DNA of 64,000 nt from NCBI GenBank assembly GCA_965205865.1, contig CBDBHR010000029.1, forward strand, positions 384,001 to 448,000, written 5' to 3'. The translations under genes and the position numbers were made by a program. Of the stretch, positions 10,022 through 20,515 are shown piece by piece (position 1 is the first letter of the stretch; each line of letters starts with the position of its first letter). Origin of the DNA: a bacterium. Its GTDB lineage: Bacteria > SAR324 > NAC60-12. The notes beneath the pieces were generated by a model. It worked only from the letters and a program-made list of their open reading frames with translations. It did no database searches and was not told where the DNA came from.

Positions 10022-10149
10022 TACTTAAGATACATCGTGACCTTTCTAATGAGGGAGTGTTGAAAATCGTGCGCTCGTCCGCATGGATGAAGAAAAAAAG
10101 ATTCCTGGGGTAGAGAAATCTTTTCAATTAAACTCACTCTTCCCCAAAC

Positions 10150-10293
10150 GTAACTATTCAGGTGTGAATGTCCTGGGCTTGCGGGTATTTTCCTTAGAAA
10201 AAGCGAACTAAATCATCCACTTTCGAGGTATTTTGACGCAATTTAGAGGTTCTGTCGACCTCTAGCCCAGTGTTTTCGCACCTGAATAGTTAC
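10150..10293. mobile_element. MITE family B (IS66-type ends), 144 bp
   Basis: TIR GTAACTATTCAGGTG; 8-bp TSD CCCCAAAC; second copy at 49900-50043. Confidence 0.88.
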
Positions 10294-10342
10294 CCCCAAA
10301 CAATATAAAAATGCAATTTCGGTCATTTTATTTGATTTTATT

Positions 10343-10537
10343 CAATAACGCTGCAACGCTCTCTGGTTTTGGGCAGGAGTGCACATTCCTGGAGGGGACC
10401 TCCGAACGCTGAGGAGGGATGGCAAGCAGCACGAAAAAAAGATCAAGGAAAGGGGATTCCCTGATAGGGAGCGGGAGCTTCAGCGGCTGAACCCGGTGAG
10501 CATCCGGAGCGCGTTCCGCGCCCGACTAGCGTTAAGC
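10343..10537 (+). other. Long attC-like imperfect palindrome preceding yefM-yoeB
   Basis: CAATAAC...GTTAAGC ends; AACGCTCTCTGG pairs imperfectly with CCGGAGCGCGTT; longer than typical attC. Confidence 0.35.
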
Positions 10538-10589
10538 CTCATAAATCCATAAAAGTCTGTATCCTTCAAAAAATGATTTCATTCTGTAA

Positions 10590-10625
10590 ATTGCTGTGAT
10601 AATATGTACAGAAATCCCGTACAAT
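10590..10625 (+). promoter_or_regulatory. yefM-yoeB promoter/operator
   Basis: GATAAT -10-like box followed by TGTACA and CGTACA repeats typical of YefM operators. Confidence 0.55.
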
Positions 10626-10639
10626 ATAAAGGAGGTATT

Positions 10640-10924
10640 ATGACGATTCAAACCTCATATACAAATGCCCGTCAAAATTTAGCAAATTTGTTAGATGAAG
10701 TGACACTCAATCAAGAAGTGGTCATTGTTAATAGAAGAGGGAAAGAAGATGTCGCGATGATTTCAGCATCTGAATTAAATAGTCTGTCAGAAACGGCGCA
10801 TCTCTTTCGATCCCCTAAAAATGCAAAGCGTTTACTCTCAGCATTACAAAGAGCAAAGGCAAACTCCGTATCACCGCAAAATATTGAACAGCTTAAAAAA
10901 GAGATAAAGCTTGATGAAGAATAA
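10640..10924 (+). CDS. yefM: YefM/Phd family antitoxin
   Basis: YTNARQNLA...ETAHLFRSPKNAKRL; AGGAGG RBS. Confidence 0.9.
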   Translation: MTIQTSYTNARQNLANLLDEVTLNQEVVIVNRRGKEDVAMISASELNSLSETAHLFRSPKNAKRLLSALQRAKANSVSPQNIEQLKKEIKLDEE

Positions 10925-11183
10925 ACCTCGTGATGCGGTTTTTCAGTTAGAATTTCGAGAAGATTTAAAATACTGGGTTAAGCAGGATCGAAAAATTGCT
11001 TTAAAGGCTTTTGAACTGATCGAAGCCATCATGAGAGATCCATTCAAAGGAATAGGAAAACCTGAGCCTCTCAAATACTTGGATTCAGGCACATGGTCTC
11101 GTCGATTAACTCAAGAGCATCGAATTGTCTACTTGGTGAGTGATAATAAAATAGATTTTCTACAAGCACGGTATCATTACTAA
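10914..11183 (+). CDS. yoeB: YoeB/Txe mRNA interferase toxin
   Basis: DPFKGIGKPEPLK, WSRRLTQEHRIVY, C-terminal RYHY. Confidence 0.92.
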   Translation: MKNKPRDAVFQLEFREDLKYWVKQDRKIALKAFELIEAIMRDPFKGIGKPEPLKYLDSGTWSRRLTQEHRIVYLVSDNKIDFLQARYHY

Positions 11184-11191
11184 TATTAATT

Positions 11192-12053
11192 GGCAGTGTT
11201 TTAAAAACTGTTGATATTGATCTAAACAACGAGTCCAAACTCATAGCGATTCACAAATAATCCAATGACAATATCATGCATTTGTCGAGATTTAGAGAAA
11301 CAAATGGTTTTACGGGCTAACCTTTTAATTCGAGTCCGCAAAGTGAGGTGTTTTCTCTCAATTTTTTGCGTATTTCTTTTTCCGATCTGATGTTTATCTG
11401 GGTCGAGGTCTCGCTCGCAGGCTCCCCAGTCTTCGCTATAAAAACATGGAATGCCAAAAGGTTTGAGGAGTTGTTTCAACTTGAGAAAAACCTCATCTTT
11501 TCGGCTTCCTGAGACATAGGCTGAGACTTGACCTGTTTTGTGATCAATGGCGTGCCACAGCCAGCGCTGCTGTTGTTTCTTTCCTACAAAACTCCACATC
11601 TCATCCATTTCAGCCTCTTCGACTTTGACAATCTTGATTGTCACTTCATTGGGGTCGAGTTGATGGAGTAAATTCAGATTCACCGAATCGAGATCGGATT
11701 CTTTTTTTTTAATTCATTAATGACGGGCAGTGCTGATCCCCAGAACCCGAGAGGTGTCTCGAGTGCCGCTACCATTGAGGGCCATCTCAATAATTTGTTG
11801 ATTCGTTTCTGTCAGGCGACCCTTCTAAGAATAATCTAAAATAAAGGTTTGACAGGAACAAAATTGACACTGACAAAGATACCTTTTCCTGCCTTCAGAG
11901 CTTTTGCCATGTTTCACGACTCCAGTGCCCAGGCAAGAGGGGCGGCGAACTGGTTTGAGAACCATATATACCTCCATTGAATCATCAAAGATTGAAAAGC
12001 AAATGTAGAGAATACATGATTTTTGGATAAATCAACAGTTTTAAAACACTACC
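11192..12053 (-). mobile_element. IS1 family element (InsA has an in-frame stop; InsB-like ORF 11222-11683)
   Basis: TIR GG(C/T)AGTGTTTTAAAA; EMDEMWSFV and TQKIERKHLTLRTRIKRL motifs; poly-A frameshift window at 11702-11710. Confidence 0.88.
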
Positions 12054-12248
12054 CAGGAGTTGAAGGAGTCGCTGGGTTTCTAGGGAGTTCACCCCTCCTG
12101 ACCGACTGAAGAGGGAGCTGGGAGGGGCATGCTTCCCCGCTCCTATTCTCGTTAAATAATGGGAGGGCGACGGGATTGGGACATTTCGGCTCGCAATGAT
12201 AATTGAGGGTTGGCAATGACGGGGGAACTCGTGACGAGGAGTGTTACA

Positions 12249-12514
12249 TGAGAGCCTATATCATCAGGAGATTGTTACTGATCATCCCCACCTTGTTTAT
12301 CTAGAGCATCCTGGTCTTTCTCTCCGTCCGCTTCATCCCGGGCGATGTCATAGACGTAATAGTGGGCAGGATGGAGTATTCCTTTGCCGACGTAGACCGT
12401 GAAGCGCTTGAGCGTATGCTGGGATTCGATTTTTTCGCAACTGGAGTGGTGCAGCTCAATCTCCTGATCAACCTGATTTATCCTTATTTAGACGCGAGGG
12501 TGCGGTATGAATAA
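12249..12514 (+). pseudogene. Collapsed remnant of a DppB-like ABC permease (N-terminus joined to C-terminus)
   Basis: MRAYIIRRLLLIIPTLFI... joined to ...NLLINLIYPYLDARVRYE; paralogous to 31884-32897. Confidence 0.8.
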
Positions 12515-12568
12515 AGAGGATTAGACTGAAGGCTGTTAGGGCAAATCAGTTTATAAGCAGTGTTAAAC

Positions 12569-12678
12569 TGTAATGGTTCGATAGCTTATATCCAATTCAC
12601 AAATGTGTCATTCCGAACGAAGGTGAGGAATCTCGAGGATCTCTCCCCGCGGTCGAGATGACATCAAGGAATACAACT
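12569..12678. mobile_element. MITE family C, truncated copy
   Basis: Matches 29433-29540; right end lost next to MITE D. Confidence 0.75.
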
Positions 12679-12682
12679 TAAC

Positions 12683-12891
12683 TAGTGCTTGGCCGAAAAT
12701 TAGATAACTACATGATATTTAATGGTATTCACATATTTTCAAGAAACGAAGATTTTGGGGAAACTCATCAAAAATCTCTTTTTTTGTTGATTTTGGCAAT
12801 CTGAACACTGTATCAAACAAATCTTCATCCTATGAAATTGAAGAAATGTCATTTAATATCAGCAATTTGAGTATTTTTCTGCCAAGCACTA
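12683..12891. mobile_element. MITE family D (TA-flanked, IS630-like)
   Basis: TAGTGCTTGGC.GAAAA ... TTTTCTGCCAAGCACTA inverted ends. Confidence 0.65.
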
Positions 12892-13194
12892 ACTAACCAT
12901 TATATAATTTTCTAAAAGTACTATTACCACCTCACGGGTTGTTTTACCTTCTGCTTTTGCAAATTGATTCACTCTATTTTAGAGTTTTGGATCGATACGA
13001 ATAATCATTTGAGTAGACAGAATGATTCCAGGCTAATGGTTGATATTGTATATACGAGATATGTAAACATTTTTTTAGGGGGTCAACTGGAAAAAGAGGG
13101 GTGGGATTGCTGAGAGAAATCAAAGTGATAGGCAAAATAAACCTTTCCTAAATTGTCCTCATAAAGATAGCCCCATATATTTTCTAAATCACCT

Positions 13195-14147
13195 TTATGT
13201 TGTGTTCCGATTTTTTTCGTTGTTCCTTTTGTGTTGCAAATCATATGCTTTCTCAACCAATTCATAGGTTGACTTCCAACACTCCTCACAAAAATGCTCA
13301 AATTTTAAATAATCTTCATTTTCAATGACTAGAGGTATTCCTACCCTCGGTCTACCATTAGAGATTTGCCACCTTGCCAGAGTTTGGATGTATTGAGATC
13401 TTCTTGTATTATCTATTACAATAGGAGGAAGTCCTGAAATGATTAGCGGCAAGTTTGACAGCAGTCTCGCTAACCTTCCATTCTCATCAGCAAAAGGATG
13501 AATTCTTACAAATGATGCGTGTAACCAGGCATAGTCTTTCACAGGTTTGGTATTTGGACTGATGAGAAAACTATTTAATTGTTCAATCCATCTTTTCATC
13601 AAATCGGATACCTCTTCAGGCAAGGCATAGGTATCATTAATGACTGTTTTTTCATCTAAAATAATACTTGTTGAATTGGGGTCTCTTTTCCAGTCTCCTA
13701 CTGGATGATAAATATCTATGATGACTTGAGACTGAACTACTTTGTGGAGATCAAATATCTCTTGAAATATTATTTGACCGTTTTTTTGAGTATATGTCTG
13801 AATCAGGTCAATTGCTTTAGCATGTCCGACGACTTCATTATGATGAGATAGTGGTTTTCCATTTATAGTTAATCCTTCGGTCAAAACCTGGTAAGTTTCT
13901 CCTAAAGTGAGAGTATTCTCTTCAATAGCACTAGAAGTATATGTCCATAATATCCTTAATTGTTCTTGGAGTGACTTTTTTAATTGTTCTTGGAGTGACT
14001 TTTTTCGGTCAAAACCTGGTAAGTTTCTCCTAAAGTGAGAGTATTCTCTTCAATAGCACTAGAAGTATATGTCCATAATATCCTTAATTGTTCTTGGAGT
14101 GACTTTTTTAAATCATCGTCTAAAACACTAAGATAATTGTTAGCCAT
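13195..14147 (-). pseudogene. Fic domain protein, frameshifted by a 128-bp tandem duplication
   Basis: HPFADENGR (degenerate Fic motif), SSAIEENT; ATG at 14147 with GAGG RBS; about 13877-13981 repeated at about 14005-14109. Confidence 0.8.
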
Positions 14148-14175
14148 AAATCCTCTAATGAAAGATTATTTTTTA

Positions 14176-14246
14176 ATGCCTTACTATTTGTGAAAGTCGG
14201 GTGAAAAAATGAGATGCGCTGTTAAGCGTCATCTCCAGTGGCTTGT
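14176..14246 (-). other. attC-like site upstream of the fic gene, interrupted by an intron
   Basis: Minus strand ACAAGCCACTGGAGATGACGC..GCGCATCTCA..GTAAGGC hairpin with degenerate core site. Confidence 0.5.
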
Positions 14247-14500
14247 ATTCGCCCGGCACATAATCCAGTGGGGTGCAAGTCCCCTGTAGGTAAACCACTG
14301 ATCCCCATTCATGGAACCGATCATTCGGCACTGGCGGGAAACCAGCCAGCAAACAGTGAACATACGGTGTTTCTACCAAAAGGGTTTATCATTAACTATT
14401 AGCGACTGGCAAGGGCAAACTTCCGAGGGGCTGTCTGAAGGAAGCCACGAGCAAAACGACCAGCCGACGAACAGAAATTGCATTAAAGGCCAGCTTCCCA
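14247..14500 (+). mobile_element. 5' remnant (domain I) of a group IIC-attC-type intron
   Basis: TTGT|ATTCGCCCGGCAC..GGGGTGCAAGTCCCC start; inserted after TTGT on the attC bottom strand. Confidence 0.6.
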
Positions 14501-14807
14501 ATTTAACGCTTGATCTGATGAAATAATAAGATTAGCGTTTCCTTATCAAATGGAGAAATCTTTTGAGAACCGATGAATTGTTTTATACTCTACAAGGTTA
14601 CAACTTGTGAATTTTTTAATGTTTGAAACTTAAGAACCCGATTGGTTAAATAACGTTGAAAAAGATTCCCGGGGAGGATCCATCGCCTTCACATCCTCCC
14701 ACAGTATTGTTCAATCGATCGAGCGGGAACTCTCTCCTTCACTAAAACAACTTGTGAAGGCATGATTTTAGCACTACTACGCAGCGTCAAGCCCCTAATG
14801 TAAAATA

Positions 14808-15023
14808 ACCTGAGTTCGACATAAATCTTCAATAATATGAGTATCCTAGTGTATATGTCATCCTCGCGAAACTTGTCCCCGCGAAAGCGGGGAGCGGGGA
14901 TCCGGATTTCAGTCTGGCTGCATACCTCCGGATTCCTGCTTTCGCAGGAATGACAAGGTTTCTCTAAGATATGAAGACTCCATAACATATTGAATTTATT
15001 AAATTCTTATCTCGAAATCAGGT
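14808..15023. mobile_element. MITE family A copy 2
   Basis: Near-identical to 9828-10021 with an extra 22 bp in the hairpin; TSD TAAAATA. Confidence 0.85.
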
Positions 15024-15384
15024 TAAAATAAATGCAGGATTCGCAAAAAATTAAAAAATCAATAATTCCGGGAGATCCGCTCCTTGATGATATGGATAAA
15101 GCAAAAGGAGTTATTGGGGAACAAATACGGAAGATTAAAAAAAATTCTTTAGCAAGTCAGGATCAGGAGGATTGCGCAACAATGGAGGTCAGCTATAAAA
15201 AATCTTTAGCGGTCCATCGGCATGAGCCAAAAAATGAGGAGTTCTAATTGCTCTTGCTTTCATTGCTCTCGTTCTTTTTCAAAGAGTTGACATGTTTCTT
15301 GAAGAGCCTCGAGGTTGTGAGTCGATGAAATGAAATCAATATATTTTTGAACTTTCGAGAGCATAATGTCCTTTTTGGATTTTG

Positions 15385-16506
15385 GTACTGTACGAAAAAA
15401 TTAGGGTGATGGAAATTTCATCATCAAGAGTTCTTCAAGAGCAAGCCGATGATCGATCAACCCTTCAATCATGGCAGCTGATTGTTTTTGATATTTGACT
15501 TCAAAACGCTTCGCTTCCGGATTGATACATTCTTGAGCGGCTTGATTTTCATGAACGAAATTGTAAACGGCTGTAATCCAGTCAATATGGGCATCATGCA
15601 GTTTCACTTTTTTAGAATGACACTGAGTCTGTCGTATCAGTCGTTTGTTGTCTTTACGATATGTGCCATTGCGGCTCTCCACATAGCTGGTGTTGATGGT
15701 TTTGGCTCGGCCTGCCGCTTGAATTATGCTCAAGATCTCTTGTTCGTCTCCTAGAATGATTCGCGTTTCGATTTCAGTTAAACGCCCGTTGGTTTAATGT
15801 TTGACGACTTGAGCATATTTCAAAGAATTATCCACAATCTGAATCGGATGAGGAGGGCGTCCTCGCCCCGAATAAGGAACAGATTTCCAGAAACAGTAGT
15901 GTTTTTTGAGAATCTCCTCGTAGCTACTCCAGCCATCACTGAGGAAAAGAGGTGCTGCTCCATCGCTGTTGGCTTTGATTTTGCCGATGAATTCATCGGC
16001 CATCTCTTGAGTGCGTTTGCCATGATGGACTGTGTGAATGAATCCACTGTCGGGAAGGACATTGACAAAACTCCAGCGATCACCCCGATCTTCCCACGGC
16101 TTTTGCTCGTCTGGAAGCTTGGCTTTTTTTTAAAGTAAAGGACCAAAACTCATCAATTTGACATTGATCCAAGTGCGCATCACGCTCCAAATAAACGGTG
16201 ATTTCACACACATGTTGGGCTGCTTTGAGTAACCAACCCGAGTTCGAGATAAGAATTTAATAAATTCAATATGTTATGGAATCTTCATATCTTAGAGAAA
16301 CCTTGTCATTCCTGCGAAAGCAGGAATCCGGAGGTATGCAGCCAGACTGAAATCCGGATCCCCGCTCCCCGCTTTCGCGGGGACAAGTTTCGCGAGGATG
16401 ACATATAAACTAGGATACTCATATTATTGAAGATTTATGTCGAACTCAGGTTAAATAACACAGTTTTAGGGAAAACTCAGTTTATCCTAATTTTTTCGTA
16501 CAGTAC
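15385..16506 (-). mobile_element. Degenerate IS1-like element with fragmented transposase, interrupted by MITE A
   Basis: 21-bp TIR GTACTGTACGAAAAAATTAGG; INTSYVESRNGTYR and FLSDGW motifs in separate frames. Confidence 0.7.
16236..16451. mobile_element. MITE family A copy 3 (inverted)
   Basis: Reverse complement of 14808-15023; flanks TAACCA/TAAATA differ, suggesting an adjacent deletion. Confidence 0.85.
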
Positions 16507-16612
16507 AAAAAATCTTGGTAGTGGTTTAATATTAAATCTTGACATGTAGTAAAAAAATTACCACTATAACATTATAATTTGAATCGCTTGGCGAAGGAGT
16601 GAAAGATGTACG

Positions 16613-16873
16613 ATGTTCTTGAAAAAGAAGGTCGTGAAACAATTGAAAAAGTTACAGATTCAAATTCAAGAAAAATTTGATGATTTGGTAACAGATTTAG
16701 AGGAGACTGGCCCGATTCAAATCGAGTGGCAGAACTATAGCAAATTGAGTGATAAGGAATATCACTGCCACCTTGCATACTCCTGGGTGGCTTGCTGGAG
16801 ACATGAAAAAGAAACCATCATGATTGAGGTGTATTATGCAGGTGGTCGTGAAAAATCCCCCTATTCGAGTTGA
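16613..16873 (+). CDS. RelE-like toxin (toxin-first TA pair)
   Basis: WQNYSKL..YHCHL..WVACW..IEVYYAG.REK motif; overlaps the HTH antitoxin. Confidence 0.7.
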   Translation: MFLKKKVVKQLKKLQIQIQEKFDDLVTDLEETGPIQIEWQNYSKLSDKEYHCHLAYSWVACWRHEKETIMIEVYYAGGREKSPYSS

Positions 16874-17201
16874 GGGGGAGATCCCAGAGACCGTTCTAGC
16901 CTTTTTTCAATCAAATTTTGAGGAAGTCGAAGTCATTGAAGATGATGACGAAGAGTTGGTCAATATCCGTGATACCGACTGGTATCAAGAAATGCGAAAA
17001 AACTGGTACCCTGGCAAATCGGTTAGAACGTATCGAGAAATTATGGGACTCACTCAGCAAGAATTGGCCGAGCGAGTGGGGGCGACGGATCGTCAAGTGA
17101 TCTCAAAGATTGAACGAGGGAAGTTGCCGATTTCAAAGAAAATGGCCTTGGCTTTAAGTGAGCTTTTCAATCGCCCCTTGGAGCGGTTTTTGAAGGTTTG
17201 A
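16836..17201 (+). CDS. XRE-family HTH antitoxin
   Basis: GLTQQELAERVG..RQVISKIERG HTH; GAGGT RBS. Confidence 0.8.
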   Translation: MQVVVKNPPIRVEGEIPETVLAFFQSNFEEVEVIEDDDEELVNIRDTDWYQEMRKNWYPGKSVRTYREIMGLTQQELAERVGATDRQVISKIERGKLPISKKMALALSELFNRPLERFLKV

Positions 17202-17286
17202 GAGAAAAATAGGGATTCCCAGGGCACAGGGGATTGGCTCAGGATCGTACGAAGATCGGCTTGCAACTCGCTGACCACGGGCAAGG

Positions 17287-19244
17287 CTATTTCGTCTTGC
17301 GGAGGCCGGGAGAGGGGGGCGAGTGGGCCAGACGGTTCAGGGCATCCATCGCGAAGCCCACACAGAAGACGTTCTTGTCCTCACGAACTACGGCTTTTAA
17401 AGCGAGCACCGTGGGCTCCAAGGCCGGACTCATGATCTCGGTACCGTGGGAACTGAGGATGACCAGGGAGCAAAGGACGTTCTCCCGTACCGCCGAACGG
17501 ACCGGCTCAAACCGGTCGAGGCCAAAATCTTTGCCGATCCCCTCGCAAATGTCGCACTCCTCGGTGGGCCGCACGTGATGGATGTGTCCTCCTTGTGCCT
17601 GGTCCATACTCAACCGATTCGCCTCACGAGATAAACTGCGCACGAGCGCCTCCAGACATGCGGGAACCAGGGAGACCCCGACCCCGGTGGCGATCGCTCG
17701 ACGGCCCAGAAAACCGAGGGATCCGGCCGCAACGTGGCGAACGTAGACCGAGGGATCCGCCTTGAGTCGTGTCACCACGGCCTGCAAGACTTCCTCGCTC
17801 AGTGGACTCGCGTCGCCCAGCCCATAGACGCCTGCCTTGCGGACCCATTTGACAGGCGATCGCGTCGCTTCCAGCAACGTCTCCGTCGCCCCTGGCCCAA
17901 CGGCTATCAGGCCATAGGTGGCGGCTCGCCGCACACTCTCTTGCTCGTTGTAGAGTGCCTGACCCAACAGCCGTACGGCCAACCTCGTATCGCCAAGGGA
18001 GGCGAGTTGGTACGCTGCGCCAATGCGGACCGGTTCACCTTCGTCGTGTTTGGTGCGCAGCTGCGCGAACAGACGATCCGCCTCTTTTTGCCGGGCTTGA
18101 GAGGAAAGGTCCGCCACTGCCGGTCGCGGAGGCGGAGGCTAGCCCGTTTTCTTCCAGTGATGGTGGTAGCGCCAGACCGCGGTGACGTCTTCGGTAGCCT
18201 CGGCGAGATCGATGTGGGTCAACGGATCCGGACCCCGGGTGTTCCAAGGGACTTCGGCAGGGGAGGCGCTGCTGAAGCAGACAGGGTCCGTGGTGCGATA
18301 CACCCAGAAACGCCACATAAAGCGAGGCTTATCGGGCCACGTCTCCCAATCGTCTCGGCGGGGGTTGCCACTGTGGTATGTGTTGTGGGAAAGGAGAACG
18401 ATACTACCGGCCTGAAGCGGGGCGGCTGCGAATTGCCGCACCAGTGGCCACCCCGTAGTCGTGACCGCCTCGCGCATCCAAACGTCGTGGGAGGTGCGGC
18501 GATTGACAATCTCGTCTCTATCGTATTTGGAATCAGGGCCGCTGACAGGCTCAGCCAGGATCGTGTCATTCGGGTGGCGCAGGTCAACGTATCGGCTAAA
18601 TGGACGGTACGTGAAGTCAACGTCAAGGTCGCTCATACCGCTCCGCTCGTAATTATTGAAATTGAATTGGTCCAAGGCAAAGTTGTCCGGGTTCTCTTCG
18701 TGATTGATTGTCCAGTAGTGGGAGTAGGGGATGATCGCGGTTGGCCCCATGTCCTCGTCAACCCTCTGTGGGAAATACAGTATCTTGATCTGCACGGCCT
18801 GATGATGGCGTTGTTTCCTCCCGTTCCATGGGCTGTTGTCGTCCTTGTGCCAGATCTGAACATTGGGCCCGCTGCTAGGGGGCATATTCATTACGAACGG
18901 CACGATCGCCCAGTTTTCGCCAATGAGCCGATTGCATGTCGCGATGAGCCCAGGGGCGTTGAGTACCTCGAGCACCGGCGGAATGCAGGCTGCCCTCAGC
19001 CCTGATGCCAGGCTGAGCGTCATGAGATTCGGATTGGCGACGGGCCGGTGGTCTCCGGAGTGAACCTCTTTTTCTCTGCCGAAGGCTTTTTTTGCTGTTC
19101 GTAAAGCTGATTGTGGACGTCGGAGGGGATACCAAGATTTTCCGGTGCCAACACGACAAATCCTCTACTGACAAAGTCCTCAACCAACCGTTCCGGCGTG
19201 CTGAAGGTCAAGGGAGTGGAGGTAGAATCTGAGCGCTTCATCAT
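17287..19244 (-). pseudogene. PhyH-like 2OG/Fe dioxygenase-HEAT repeat fusion, broken by a frameshift (about 19050) and an in-frame TAG (18139-18141)
   Basis: WHKD, MGPTAIIPYSH, AGSIVLLSHNTYH motifs; PBS/HEAT repeats (VRRAATYGL); 18139-19023 and 17287-18117 are in frame. Confidence 0.75.
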
Positions 19245-19261
19245 GTTTCCCCTGATTCTAT

Positions 19262-20146
19262 TCACTTAACACTCCCGCCCATGAGGCCTCTGACATAGTA
19301 ACGCCACAGGATTAAGAACAGGAACAGGCAGGGGATGATGTTGACCATGACGCCGGCCTGGAGTGCCCCATAGTCAACGTTATGTGCCCCCGCCTGGCGG
19401 AATTGCCCGGAGGCCGCATCCTTGAGCATAATGGGCAGGGTATAATTTTTGTTATTGGACATGAGAATCAAGGCCGTCAGGAATTCATTCCACGCATTGA
19501 TAAAGGCGAAGATGGCAACGGTGATGATCCCTGGGCTCACCAGTTTAATCATCACCCGCCAGAGCATTTCCAAGGTATTGCAGCCATCCAGCAAGGCGGC
19601 TTCTTCGATCTCGCGGGGAACCATGTCAAAGGTATTGCGCATCAAGAAGACCCCAAAGGGCAGTTGCCAGATGATGTAGACCAGCGCGAGTCCTAACAGG
19701 GTATCATTCAGATTCACCTTCACAAAAAAGATATAAAGCGGGGTCAGGAGGGCTTGGTAGGGAATCATCAAGGTCATCAGCACCAGGATAAACAGGGCGT
19801 TTTTGCCGGGGAAGTCAAACCGTGAAGAGCCATAGCCGCCCACCGTGCTGAGGACGATCGTCCCGATAACTGTGAAAATCGCCACCGCCGCACTGTTGAA
19901 GACATACTGCGGAAGGCCCACGCCATAATCATAGAGCTTTAGATAGTTCGCAAAGGAAATGGCTGAGGGCAGATAGGTCGGTGGCACTGCCGACGCCTCT
20001 GCGGGTGTTTTGATTGAGTTCAGAGCAGACGAAATGATTGGCAACAAAAAGATGATCGCCAGAGTAATGCACACGACATAGAGGCTACGCCTTTCGATTT
20101 TGCGCCACGAGCGGGCCGGCGATTGTGTGGTTGTCCTTGAATTCAT
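19262..20146 (-). CDS. Carbohydrate ABC transporter permease (MalG-like)
   Basis: EIEEAALLDG EAA motif; hydrophobic segments; AWNEF. Confidence 0.9.
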   Translation of the reverse strand: MNSRTTTQSPARSWRKIERRSLYVVCITLAIIFLLPIISSALNSIKTPAEASAVPPTYLPSAISFANYLKLYDYGVGLPQYVFNSAAVAIFTVIGTIVLSTVGGYGSSRFDFPGKNALFILVLMTLMIPYQALLTPLYIFFVKVNLNDTLLGLALVYIIWQLPFGVFLMRNTFDMVPREIEEAALLDGCNTLEMLWRVMIKLVSPGIITVAIFAFINAWNEFLTALILMSNNKNYTLPIMLKDAASGQFRQAGAHNVDYGALQAGVMVNIIPCLFLFLILWRYYVRGLMGGSVK

Positions 20147-20190
20147 GGTCAGTTTCCTTCGAGTAGCCTCTTATTGTGCGCCATATCGGG

Positions 20191-20515
20191 TCATAACCGG
20201 GTGTCATCACGCAATAAACGGAGTTGCAGGTAACTTAAAAACAGCAGAATCACCAGCAAGACTATGGAGAGGGCTGCCGCATCGCCCATCTCGAAAGATT
20301 GGAACGCCTCGACAAAGATATTGTAAACGACAGTTATTGTTTTTTGCCGCGGGCCGCCGCTTGTCATGATATAGAACTGTTCAAATGCCAGAAAAGAGAC
20401 GATCATTTGTATAATGAGCACCAAGGCAAAGGTACGGCGCAGCAGCGGCAAGGTAATACGGATATATCGTGACCAGGCGTTGGCGCCGTCAACCTTGGCA
20501 GCCTCATATAGTTCT
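20191..20515 (-). pseudogene. C-terminal half of a carbohydrate ABC permease (MalF-like)
   Basis: ELYEAAKVDGA..MTSGGP; 5' half deleted and fused to the SBP gene. Confidence 0.8.

Noticed and set aside
13877-14109. Duplicated segment as a DGR template/variable repeat pair
   Set aside because: Copies appear identical, with no adenine-specific differences
17734-19005. 423-aa plus-strand ORF, and similar long ORFs at 39949-41019, 43837-44574 and 50629-51597
   Set aside because: Antisense shadows of recognisable genes with no motifs of their own
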